IMG/VR virus record: IMGVR_UViG_3300044475_000089
Location: 1 to 33,820 of that record
Reading direction: 5' to 3' (one strand)
Source: a virus
Taxonomy: Duplodnaviria > Caudoviricetes
Length of the DNA: 33,820 nt
The notes under the pieces are model-generated. The model ran no database searches, was not told the origin of the DNA, and saw only the letters and a program-made list of their open reading frames with translations. Within the stretch, counting starts at the first letter, position 1. Each line of letters opens with the position of its first letter. Below are positions 25,454 to 33,648 of this stretch, one piece after another. A program made the position numbers and the translations under genes.

Positions 25454-26305
25454 ATGGCAAAGTCATTCAAACAAATGATCAAGGATGGCGAGGTCCGCCG
25501 CGCCGACGCGATGAAGGTGCAGTTGGAAGACCTTCATGAAGAGCCAGGCTTCAACCTCCGCACCGAGGGCGAAGCGCTTGAGGTAAGTATCGACGCCCTG
25601 GCCGAGTTCATCGCCAACGGCGGACAGATCCCGCCCCTTGAGGTTCGCCCACGAGCAGAGGGCGGCGTATGGATCGTTGATGGCCACCGCCGTCGTCGAG
25701 CCATGATCAAGCTCGACACAACTGGCAGGCTCCCGCGCACGCCCAACAAGGACAATCCGCACATCCTTGAGGCTTGGGTACCCGTCATCGCATTCGAAGG
25801 CAGCGATGCCGACCGCGTTGCGCGGATCATTTCTAGCCAGGAGAACGAGAAGCTCTCCCCGCTTGAACTGGCCGAGGGCTACAAGCGCTTGCGGGCCTTC
25901 GGATGGTCACCCGAGCAGATCGCCAAGAAGGTTGGCAAGACGCGGCAACACGTCGAGCAGGTTCTCACTGTAGGCAACGCAAACACCGATGTGCAGAGCT
26001 TGGTTGCAGCGGGCCATGTGTCAGCTACGACGGCGGCTCAGGTGGTTCGAGAGCATGGCGACGGTGCCGGCAAAGTTCTTGGAGCCGAGTTGGAAAAGGC
26101 TCAGGCCAGCGGCAAGAAGAAAGTCACGGCAGGAACGATGAAAGGCCCGGCGATACCGAAGCCTCGCCTTGAAGCCGTGCTCGCCGCCTCACGCAATTTG
26201 ATTGCAGCGCTGGATTCCATCGACGAAGACAGCCGATCCCTCACTCTACCCACCGCGCTTGTCCTTGAGCTGCGCAAAGCCCTGGACGGCGCCACACCGA
26301 GATAA
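25454..26305 (+). CDS. ParB/Srx N-terminal domain DNA-binding protein
   Basis: 'GFNLR...IPPLEVR...IVDGHRRRRA' and HTH 'GWSPEQIAKKVGKTRQHV'. Confidence 0.88.
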   Translation: MAKSFKQMIKDGEVRRADAMKVQLEDLHEEPGFNLRTEGEALEVSIDALAEFIANGGQIPPLEVRPRAEGGVWIVDGHRRRRAMIKLDTTGRLPRTPNKDNPHILEAWVPVIAFEGSDADRVARIISSQENEKLSPLELAEGYKRLRAFGWSPEQIAKKVGKTRQHVEQVLTVGNANTDVQSLVAAGHVSATTAAQVVREHGDGAGKVLGAELEKAQASGKKKVTAGTMKGPAIPKPRLEAVLAASRNLIAALDSIDEDSRSLTLPTALVLELRKALDGATPR

Positions 26306-26308
26306 ATC

Positions 26309-26692
26309 ATGGACACGATCACCTGCGGCTCATGGATAGGCCAGCTCGGCAAGGCGCTGGCTCCCCGCGAGCTTGAAGCAATACTGTGGGTGGCCCAAGG
26401 CCTCACCACCAAAGAAATCGCCCGCCAGATGGCGGTCAGCCCGGGCACTGTGGCCAACCGCATCGAGGCCGCACTGTTCAAGCTGGAAGCCGGCCGCCGC
26501 ATCGAGGCGGTCACCAAGGCTATGCGCCAGCAGATCATCAGCCCGCTCTGCATCGCCCTCGCCGGCCTCATCGCCATGCATGCGGTGATCGACGACAGCG
26601 ATCCCATGCGCCGCGACCGCCGCGCTCCGGAGCGCCGCACCGCACAAGTTCGAATCGTTCGCAAGGCCGAGGCCTTCGAATACCACGCCTGA
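26309..26692 (+). CDS. LuxR-type HTH transcriptional regulator
   Basis: 'LAPRELEAILWVAQGLTTKEIARQMAVSPGTV...LFKL'. Confidence 0.88.
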   Translation: MDTITCGSWIGQLGKALAPRELEAILWVAQGLTTKEIARQMAVSPGTVANRIEAALFKLEAGRRIEAVTKAMRQQIISPLCIALAGLIAMHAVIDDSDPMRRDRRAPERRTAQVRIVRKAEAFEYHA

Positions 26693-26711
26693 CCCACCCG
26701 AGGATCACCCC

Positions 26712-26981
26712 ATGCAGACAGCAATGCACCCTGCTTTCGAGCAGAAGATTGCCGTGCTCGCAGCCCTGCTCGAGCGCAGCAAGTCAGCCAGGATCGAGGC
26801 ACACGCCAAGGTCGGTCAGCCGGCCCCGCGCTACCAGGCCTCGGGCAAGGGGAAGACCTGGGATGTGGTAGAGATCGCCACCGGCGCCGTGCAAGGCTTC
26901 GCCTACAGCTACAAGGCGGCGATGCGCTTTGTCGATGCCTGCGAGGCCGGGGCGGCAAGCAAAACAGGCACGCGGCAATGA
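26712..26981 (+). CDS. Hypothetical phage protein
   Basis: 89 aa, GAGGA RBS, operonic, ATGA overlap with the next gene. Confidence 0.75.
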   Translation: MQTAMHPAFEQKIAVLAALLERSKSARIEAHAKVGQPAPRYQASGKGKTWDVVEIATGAVQGFAYSYKAAMRFVDACEAGAASKTGTRQ

Positions 26982-27436
26982 GCAAGCGCAAACCCCACAA
27001 CATGCGGGCACGCCTGGAGCGGACGTGCCGGGCCTTGGTCTCGGCCAACCACGCCGCCGTGGTGAACATCGACCCCAGCGGCCAGCAGGTGCTGATAAAC
27101 TGGAAGAACCTCAAGCAGATCCGCGTGCGCCAGGTCGTCGACGCCGTCTGCGATATCCCACACCGGTGGACCATCTACCTCAGCGTGCTTTGTCGGACTG
27201 AGTTCGGCGAGCGGTACAACAAGTCCATCGAGGTTGCGCCGCAAGGCAACTACCGCGCCGAGCACCTGACCGACGTGATCGAGGCGACCTACTTAGACCT
27301 ACGGTCCACAGCTAATCCTAATCACCTGGTGGCGGCCGGCTGGATCGCCATCCCTACCGACACAACGCTCGATGAGGCAGAGGCCGCCAAGATCTTTGCC
27401 GCTGTCGGCGCCTGGAATCAGCAGAAAGCAGCGTAG
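26978..27436 (+). CDS. Hypothetical phage protein
   Basis: 152 aa, translationally coupled to the previous gene, phage-like codon usage. Confidence 0.8.
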   Translation: MSKRKPHNMRARLERTCRALVSANHAAVVNIDPSGQQVLINWKNLKQIRVRQVVDAVCDIPHRWTIYLSVLCRTEFGERYNKSIEVAPQGNYRAEHLTDVIEATYLDLRSTANPNHLVAAGWIAIPTDTTLDEAEAAKIFAAVGAWNQQKAA

Positions 27437-27462
27437 ATCTCATGTACGGAGAGCCTTCTCAG

Positions 27463-28116
27463 CTAAACGCCTTTACGATACATGGGGACGCACAAGCCTC
27501 GCGGTAATGGGACATTTACCGCAAACGGTTGATATTTATGCCCAGGCTCACACTTTATGACTACCCTGTATTCTCGCTGGATTTTAAAAGGATGCTCGGG
27601 CTTAACAAAGTGAATGTCGCTTGGAGGGCTATCGTATCCTTGGTAGAACCTTTCCGCGTATGTTACAGGTCCAAGCCCAAGACCATAGCGCACGGTCGGT
27701 ACGTACTTACGCATTTCAAATTCTAGATATCGAGCGAAAAGCTCGATATCTAGAACTTTGACTGGGTAACGACCGAACTTACTCATTAGGTCCTCACCGA
27801 AAACGCCCATTGAGAAGCACACCACATAGGCGTCGTCAACGACGTGAAAGCCGGTGGTGTTAGTCATAGTTATCGTACCGCCTCCGGAACTAACTATTCC
27901 GTATTGCCTAGCAATTGACTCGAAACCCTGATCACGACTAGAAGCATGCTTTATGTGATGCAACATAGTCCCCTCGCCCGCGTCACCCTGCTCTTTGTCT
28001 TCGTATTCGCGGCATCTCTGAAATGTTGAGACCCATATACTCTCGCCAGTTACAAACTGATCCGCATAGCGCTCTTCAGGTATGTGACGAAAAACCGGAC
28101 CTCGAAAAATATTCAT
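27463..28116 (-). CDS. Reverse-oriented moron; DUF2971-like / ADP-ribosyltransferase-fold candidate
   Basis: 217 aa from ATG 28116 (AGGGG RBS); AT-rich; motifs 'VFRH', 'YVVCFS', 'GPVTY' and 'FVKP..F..QREYR'. Confidence 0.65.
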   Translation of the reverse strand: MNIFRGPVFRHIPEERYADQFVTGESIWVSTFQRCREYEDKEQGDAGEGTMLHHIKHASSRDQGFESIARQYGIVSSGGGTITMTNTTGFHVVDDAYVVCFSMGVFGEDLMSKFGRYPVKVLDIELFARYLEFEMRKYVPTVRYGLGLGPVTYAERFYQGYDSPPSDIHFVKPEHPFKIQREYRVVIKCEPGHKYQPFAVNVPLPRGLCVPMYRKGV

Positions 28117-28216
28117 CCATAGCCCCTGATCTAAAAGAACCGTTACTCGCCTGTAATAGCCCATTCCAATCCAAATTGCCACCATGCCGCATCCGGCCAC
28201 GGAGGGCGGCGCATGC

Positions 28217-28779
28217 ATGGACAAAGCCATGAGCTATTTCTACAAGACTGAATCGCCAAAGGTTCTGGCCGCCGTGCGCGCCTGGGACGAAAAGAAAGCG
28301 GCCTGGAATGCCCAGCGCGAAAAGCTGGGCCAGGCCTTCGGCGCCGATGCATCGCCGATGTACAGCGGCTCCCGCAACTACGTCGGCGGCATCAAGCTCA
28401 GCGCCAGCCGCGACCTTGATGTGCATTGGTGCCGTCCCGACGAATACGGCTACCGCTCGCTTCGTCGGGCACCCAAGCATGCCAAGGCTACGGACAAAGA
28501 GATACGCGCGGCTGAGAAGGCTGAGCACCAGCATCTGGAAGAACTCTGGAAAGCACATTGCCCGGACGATATCGACCGCGACGAAATGTGGGAGGCCATC
28601 GGCGTCGTGCGTGGCGGCATCTGGCTCAGCGGCGGGGTGAGCTTACCTACGGCGTAACCGTGTACCTGAACCTGGGCAACAAAGCCGCTGACGGCGATGT
28701 CGACGGCCTGGTTGAGATCGTCAGCAGCGAGTACGAGGCCGCACGCCAGCGCGTAATTGATAAACACAACGCGCGCTGA
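28217..28779 (+). pseudogene. Frameshifted early-region phage gene (Eac-like)
   Basis: ORF 28217..28657 ends abruptly ('GGVSLPTA'); a protein-like continuation (TYGVTVYLNLG...LVEIVSSEYEAARQRV) lies in another frame to 28779; one extra base at about 28643 restores a single ORF. Confidence 0.65.
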
Positions 28780-28852
28780 GTCTCAACGCTGCGCGCCAGT
28801 GTTCTATCGTTCCAACCCAATCGTCACGTTCATGGGACTGCGCCAACGTTGC

Positions 28853-29995
28853 TCACTTTGCCGTTTTGTCAGGCATCTCAAGCTTTTTGATCAACTCGAT
28901 CAGCAGTTCATGTACATTGACAGGCGATGGGTCAGCGCACCCTTTCATTGCTTCCCTAGGGCTAAAAACTTTTGAAGCAATAGCAGCTTTGATTTCTTCT
29001 TGTTTCTCCGGTGAGAGTGTCCGGATGAATCCAGGCAAGGCCGTAGTGCCCAAGGCAGTCTGATGGTACAAGTACTGCTGCGCTCGATGTTTTGCCGACT
29101 CCCTAGCTAGATACGCGGCAGGTATTGAGAATGCTAGGATGAACATTATCCTGCTCAACGCGGCCTGCCAGGTGAGATCTGCGTTAAGGGTTTGATAAAC
29201 CGAAATCACCAACACGATAAGCATGACAGTCATAAACGCCAGAGCAGCGAAACGTGTTCGGTTAGCTACACCCTCTTCCGCAGCTGCGCTTCGGTGATAG
29301 TCGAGAGCAACGGACTTGGCGGCTACATCTGCAAAAAGTGCGTCAATCTCATCATTTCGAATCTTAAGCACTTCAGCCTGTGCATTTTGGCGCTCTTGCA
29401 AAACGTCCAAGTCATTCTTCAAGTCTCGACCAGCGACCAGCACAGACTCATCGAGCCTTGCGACATCTAGCTCAGTCTTCTGGATGTCGCCTCGGACTTT
29501 CAGGTGTTGATCTCTCTGCTCAGTCATAAGCTCATAAAGCTCAGCCTTAGCGTCCTGCAGAGCCGATCTGACCGATGCAAGAGCTTCCGTAGCCCCTTGT
29601 AACTCCAGCTTTGTGGATGGCAGGTCGGACATGACTGTGCGTAGCTCATCTCGGATAAGCGCAAGTTCGGCTTGGGCGGCTCTGCGTCCCAGCGTGGAAG
29701 CTAGCTCCATGAACTCCATACCTATGTCGACGAAGCGCTGATAACCCGTATCTATTAGAAGTCGAGCTTCGGCCTCACCCGCTTGGGCTATCTCATAAAA
29801 CTTATTAATGAGTTCGCTCGCAGAGAAATTTTCCGGGAATGAAGAAATTGATGAAAATATCTTTTCAACATCCCCCAGGCTAGGCCTTGGAGGTTCTCCG
29901 GGAGCCGGCTGACCAGGCACCTCATTGCGGAAGTCGTAAGAAAGTTTAGTCATGCGGCGGGCAATAATCGCTAAAGGTTGCAGCAACTCATTCAT
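28853..29995 (-). CDS. Reverse-oriented moron; long coiled-coil protein with two C-terminal transmembrane helices
   Basis: About 380 aa (start uncertain: 30001, 29995 or 29953); heptad-rich centre; hydrophobic 'FAALAFMTVMLIVLVISVY' and 'IMFILAFSIPAAYL'; AT-rich. Confidence 0.8.
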   Translation of the reverse strand: MNELLQPLAIIARRMTKLSYDFRNEVPGQPAPGEPPRPSLGDVEKIFSSISSFPENFSASELINKFYEIAQAGEAEARLLIDTGYQRFVDIGMEFMELASTLGRRAAQAELALIRDELRTVMSDLPSTKLELQGATEALASVRSALQDAKAELYELMTEQRDQHLKVRGDIQKTELDVARLDESVLVAGRDLKNDLDVLQERQNAQAEVLKIRNDEIDALFADVAAKSVALDYHRSAAAEEGVANRTRFAALAFMTVMLIVLVISVYQTLNADLTWQAALSRIMFILAFSIPAAYLARESAKHRAQQYLYHQTALGTTALPGFIRTLSPEKQEEIKAAIASKVFSPREAMKGCADPSPVNVHELLIELIKKLEMPDKTAK

Positions 29996-30124
29996 TCGCA
30001 ATTCTACCGTCAGAGAAAATTTAACTGGCGAAACGTGAAGGCCTGTTTGCCCAATGGTGCGATGAAATTACGCAATCGCGTCGTCGGTGTCTACTCAACA
30101 TTGTTCCATCCCTATCCTCGCCAA

Positions 30125-30160
30125 TTACTGCCGCGATATGGCGGCCAAGGAATCGTCATG
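30125..30160 (+). repeat. Hairpin-RBS linker repeat, copy 1
   Basis: TTACTGCCGCGATATGGCGGCCAAGGAatcGTCATG; 26 of the first 27 nt are identical to the copy at 31492. Confidence 0.9.
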
Positions 30161-30775
30161 TCAACGGAAACCCCATTCAGAAATACCGAACTGATCAGCC
30201 AGGCCGCAGCGGCCATCGAGGACCTGTTGGCCAACGGCACAGGCGCAATCGCTGCAGCAGCATGGGCCAGCCTGCCCGCCGATCTGCGCAAGCTCAGCGA
30301 CCAGCCAGCCCCGCAGCCCCACCCCGAACCTATAGCCTGGATGATTGGTACTGCCTTCTGGTGGACCAAAGAAGAGGCAGAGAGGGATGCGGAGGCTACT
30401 GGGCTACCGATTGTTGGCCTGGGGCCGATGCCCGATGCCGGTGAGGCCGCTCTTCTTCGCATAGAGCTGGGCCATATGCGGGATGAACGCGACGACCTGA
30501 GCGCCAAGCTGGACCGCTTCTACTCACGAACCCACGGCATCAAGAACCTGGCCGCCATTGAGGAACTGAGCGACAAGCTGGCCGATCAGGATGCGCTGCT
30601 GACTGATATCTCGAAGCGTCACTGGTCTGGTGTGGATTTCGATCTCCCGGCCGACCTCGTTGACCGGATCAAAGCCCTATCCGCCAGCGCAGAGCCGAAC
30701 GCGCCAGGGGTTCTGCCGCGAGCGCATGACGTCAACATGTTCCAGCGCACCGCAGAGCCAGGGGCGAAGTCGTGA
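30158..30775 (+). CDS. Hypothetical phage early protein (mosaic Ea/Ead-type)
   Basis: Start re-called at ATG 30158 after the AAGGA RBS; 'QPHPEPIAWM' linker and coiled-coil segments. Confidence 0.7.
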   Translation: MSTETPFRNTELISQAAAAIEDLLANGTGAIAAAAWASLPADLRKLSDQPAPQPHPEPIAWMIGTAFWWTKEEAERDAEATGLPIVGLGPMPDAGEAALLRIELGHMRDERDDLSAKLDRFYSRTHGIKNLAAIEELSDKLADQDALLTDISKRHWSGVDFDLPADLVDRIKALSASAEPNAPGVLPRAHDVNMFQRTAEPGAKS

Positions 30776-31005
30776 AGACGCACTTCGCACCATTCACCGA
30801 CCTGGAAGACATTGAGCAAGCCCCCTGCGGCACATGGCTAGGGGCATCCTCAGAACTGTCAGGCGACTGGGCCATGGTCGATTGCCGACTCTGCAAGAAG
30901 CGCCGAGAAAGGATCAGCGTTGCAGCGGCTGAAGAAGAGCGCTTCATCGTCGAGCAGATGGGGCACATGGCAGCCTTCATGCGCACGGAAGACTCCGCCA
31001 CGTAA
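30772..31005 (+). CDS. Hypothetical Cys-containing phage protein
   Basis: 77 aa, GTGA overlap; 'H...PCG...DCRLC' possible zinc site. Confidence 0.7.
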   Translation: MKTHFAPFTDLEDIEQAPCGTWLGASSELSGDWAMVDCRLCKKRRERISVAAAEEERFIVEQMGHMAAFMRTEDSAT

Positions 31006-31043
31006 GAGCACATTTGCACTCCACCCACTGCAACTTCTCTCTC

Positions 31044-31343
31044 CTATCCCGAGCAGGCGACCTTGTCGAATTTCGGCTGGGTATCCGTGGCGATACGGCG
31101 AGCCCGACCCACGCCCCAGGCCAAAGCTCTGGTCATTGATTCTCCGGGACGGGAATCGAACGCCTCCTCATGAAGGGCCATGCCACTGGCGGCATATACC
31201 CCAATGAACATCTGCGTGTTACCCGTTCGCGACAGGCGCACCTGAACATCAATGTGCGTTCCATCGCTGAGGGTTTCGTCGTGAGCACGGTGGTGAAGCG
31301 TTGGATCAGCCCACCCCCAGAACACTTCACCGCGAATCCTCAT
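31044..31343 (-). CDS. Reverse-oriented hypothetical protein
   Basis: 99 aa with strong AGGAGGT RBS. Confidence 0.75.
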   Translation of the reverse strand: MRIRGEVFWGWADPTLHHRAHDETLSDGTHIDVQVRLSRTGNTQMFIGVYAASGMALHEEAFDSRPGESMTRALAWGVGRARRIATDTQPKFDKVACSG

Positions 31344-31491
31344 GTCGACCTCCTACGACTTTAGTTGTATGCCACAGGTGAACTCTCACCATAGCCAAAG
31401 CGAGGCGAGACGCAATCTCGGTATCGCAGCTTGAGAACTGAATCGGACCACCGGCCGATTTTCTTGTACCGAACCCAACCACTTGTACAAC

Positions 31492-31528
31492 TTACTGCCG
31501 CGATATGGCGGCTAAGGACGAAGTCATG
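31492..31528 (+). repeat. Hairpin-RBS linker repeat, copy 2
   Basis: TTACTGCCGCGATATGGCGGCTAAGGAcgaaGTCATG. Confidence 0.9.
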
Positions 31529-31852
31529 CCTGAAGAAAAGCAACTGATTCAGCCGCTGCAGGTTGAGCGCGATGAATACGGCTTCTGGACCCACCCGGCC
31601 TGGCCGGACGACGGCGACGAATGCGCGCTTCCGTTCAGCTGGTTCGGCGAGCACGGTCTGGACTACTGGGTGGTCGAAATGGAAAACGACGCGCCTGAAG
31701 GGATGATGGAAGCCTGGATGGACGATGGCGATTACGACTGCACGCCTTGGCAGCCAAGCAAGCCGACCGGCGATGGCTGGTTCACCTTCTCGATCCACGA
31801 CACCGAGGACGGCCCTGTTTGCGTATGGGTCCGCCACAAGGTACAGCCATGA
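31526..31852 (+). CDS. Hypothetical acidic, Trp-rich phage protein
   Basis: Start re-called at 31526; 'VERDEYGFWTHP...W.P..P.GDGWF..SIHDTEDGPVCVW'. Confidence 0.8.
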   Translation: MPEEKQLIQPLQVERDEYGFWTHPAWPDDGDECALPFSWFGEHGLDYWVVEMENDAPEGMMEAWMDDGDYDCTPWQPSKPTGDGWFTFSIHDTEDGPVCVWVRHKVQP

Positions 31853-32232
31853 CCTGGCTGATCGAAGTGAGGGTATCCAACCTGATCGGCGCCGCGCTGG
31901 ACTGGGCGGTGGCCATCGCAGAGGAAATGTACGTACACACGCCCACAGGTCTAAAGCACGAATATTGGTACAAGGACGGCAGATGCGTTACCTCTCTAAC
32001 CAGCTGGGAACCGTCTACCTGCTGGGGCCAAGGCGGCCCGCTATTCGATAAGCACCTCGGCAGCGCCCATCACAACCCGCACCTGGAGGACGGCTGTTGC
32101 CGGTACAGCGCCGGGCCGGCCGGCGCCAGCATTTGGCTCTACGGACCAACTGCATTAGTCGCCTTCTGCCGAACTCTCGTCCTCACCAAGCTCGGCGATA
32201 CCGTCCAGGTGCCGAAGGAGCTGATGCAATGA
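31849..32232 (+). CDS. ninX: NinX-family (DUF2591-like) protein
   Basis: Start re-called at 31849 (ATGA overlap); 'LIGAALDWAVA...PSTCWGQGGPL...GPTALVA..R'. Confidence 0.75.
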   Translation: MTWLIEVRVSNLIGAALDWAVAIAEEMYVHTPTGLKHEYWYKDGRCVTSLTSWEPSTCWGQGGPLFDKHLGSAHHNPHLEDGCCRYSAGPAGASIWLYGPTALVAFCRTLVLTKLGDTVQVPKELMQ

Positions 32233-32261
32233 TTCCGGAACGGCGGCGTGGAGACCATCCC

Positions 32262-32594
32262 ATGAAAATCGAAAGCACCGGTGACATCGACAAAGTAACC
32301 GAACAACGCATGGCCGACCTACTCGGCTGCACCAAACGCTCTCTTGAGCACCGCCGCTTGCGCGGCATCATTCCTGAAGGCGTCTGGATGAAACATGGCG
32401 GCCGCATCATTTACAGCAAAAGGAGATACGACGAATGGCTGGAAAGCCAATGGATCTACCCAGAGGGGTCGAGATCTTCCGCAACTCCCTCCGCATTCGT
32501 TTCACATGGGACGGTGTCCGTCGATGCGAAACGCTCCCCTATCCCCCGACACAGAAAGGCATCAAAGCTGCATCCAGCCTTCGCGATCAGGTAA
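32262..32594 (+). CDS. xis: Excisionase / recombination directionality factor
   Basis: Small basic winged-helix 'EQRMADLLGCTKRSLEHRR..G.IPEGVW.K..GRIIYS...YDEW'; GGAG RBS; overlaps the 5' end of int. Alternative start at 32229. Confidence 0.75.
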   Translation: MKIESTGDIDKVTEQRMADLLGCTKRSLEHRRLRGIIPEGVWMKHGGRIIYSKRRYDEWLESQWIYPEGSRSSATPSAFVSHGTVSVDAKRSPIPRHRKASKLHPAFAIR

Positions 32595-33613
32595 CAAGCC
32601 TCACCAAGCTCGGCCTCCTTGACCAGGACAAGTACGCCGAGCTGTTCCCCAGCTCACAGGCCGCGGTCGGCGGTAAGCCGACCTTCGGTGAGTACGCTCA
32701 ACTCTGGCTGGACAGCCGCGAAATCACCCAGGGAACGCACAACAACTACAAAAGCGCCCTGAATCTGTACTGGGTGCCGCGCCTGGCCATGGTCCGTATC
32801 GATCTGATCACTACCACCCTGCTCCGCCGTGTCATCACAGAAACCGAATGGACCTCGGCAAATGTGAAGCGCAACGCAATCACCAGGTTATCGACGATTC
32901 TGGCTGCGGCAACCCGGGAAGGCCTGCTGACCAAGAACCCTGCCGAGGTGATTGAGTTGCCGAAGCGGTCGCGTAAGGAGATCGACCCGTTCACCCTGGC
33001 CGAAGCCAACACCATCATCAACAAGCTCTACGAACACAAGCATTGGCCGAGCCTCATCTATGCCGCGCTGTTCGAGTTTATGTTCTTCACCGGCCTCCGC
33101 TTGTCGGAGGCCTTGGCAGTGCGCTGGGATGTGATCGATATGGAAAAGAGGACTGTGCACGTAAAGAGGACCGTCGCCTTGGGCGAGGTGGAGGAAAGGA
33201 CGAAAACAGGCAGGGATCGCTTCGTGCTGCTGAATGACCGGGCCTTGCGCGCGATTCAGTTCGCCAGGGAATATGCAGACCGCCGCCGGCATGGGAAGGG
33301 AGCGGTGACCGAAACGCCGTTCCTGTTCCCGCCGTCGAAGAACGCCGAGCATGTGAAACAGACCTCCGATCTGCACAAACAGTGGGTGCCGGTGCTGAAT
33401 GAGCTGGGCATTCGGCGTCGTCCCCCATATAACTGCCGGCACACCTATGCGACAATATGCTTAATGTCCGGCCTCAACCCCGCATTTATCGCCCAACAGC
33501 TGGGTCACAGCGTCCAAATGCTGCTGTCGACGTATGCCCGTTGGCTCAACTCAAGCTCCGACTGGAGCGAGCTGGAAAAACTCAAAATTGGTATCAAATC
33601 GGTATCAGCTTGA
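32435..33613 (+). CDS. int: Prophage integrase (tyrosine recombinase with arm-binding domain)
   Basis: 392 aa; N-terminal 'LPRGVE...SLRIRFTWDG.R..E'; 'TGLRLSE', 'TKT', 'YNCRHTYAT', 'QLGHS' and 'TYARW'. Confidence 0.96.
   Translation: MAGKPMDLPRGVEIFRNSLRIRFTWDGVRRCETLPYPPTQKGIKAASSLRDQVTSLTKLGLLDQDKYAELFPSSQAAVGGKPTFGEYAQLWLDSREITQGTHNNYKSALNLYWVPRLAMVRIDLITTTLLRRVITETEWTSANVKRNAITRLSTILAAATREGLLTKNPAEVIELPKRSRKEIDPFTLAEANTIINKLYEHKHWPSLIYAALFEFMFFTGLRLSEALAVRWDVIDMEKRTVHVKRTVALGEVEERTKTGRDRFVLLNDRALRAIQFAREYADRRRHGKGAVTETPFLFPPSKNAEHVKQTSDLHKQWVPVLNELGIRRRPPYNCRHTYATICLMSGLNPAFIAQQLGHSVQMLLSTYARWLNSSSDWSELEKLKIGIKSVSA
33586..33607 (+). repeat. Tandem 11-bp repeat, putative integrase arm-type sites
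   Basis: AATTGGTATCA followed by AATCGGTATCA at the 3' end of int, about 40 bp from the host gene. Confidence 0.65.
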
Positions 33614-33648
33614 AAGCCAGCTCTGTAAGTGACTGATAGGTAAGCCCT

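Noticed and set aside
25454-26305. ParB as evidence of a plasmid-prophage partition system
   Set aside because: No ParA or parS array is visible; the element is integrated with int/xis; lone ParB-domain genes are common in phage early operons.
28784-28851. Imperfect inverted repeat (CAACGCTGCGCGCCAGT / ACTGCGCCAACGTTG) as an integron attC site
   Set aside because: No RYYYAAC...GTTRRRY boxes in the right arrangement, and I see no IntI-specific features in either recombinase; more likely a hairpin between convergent genes.
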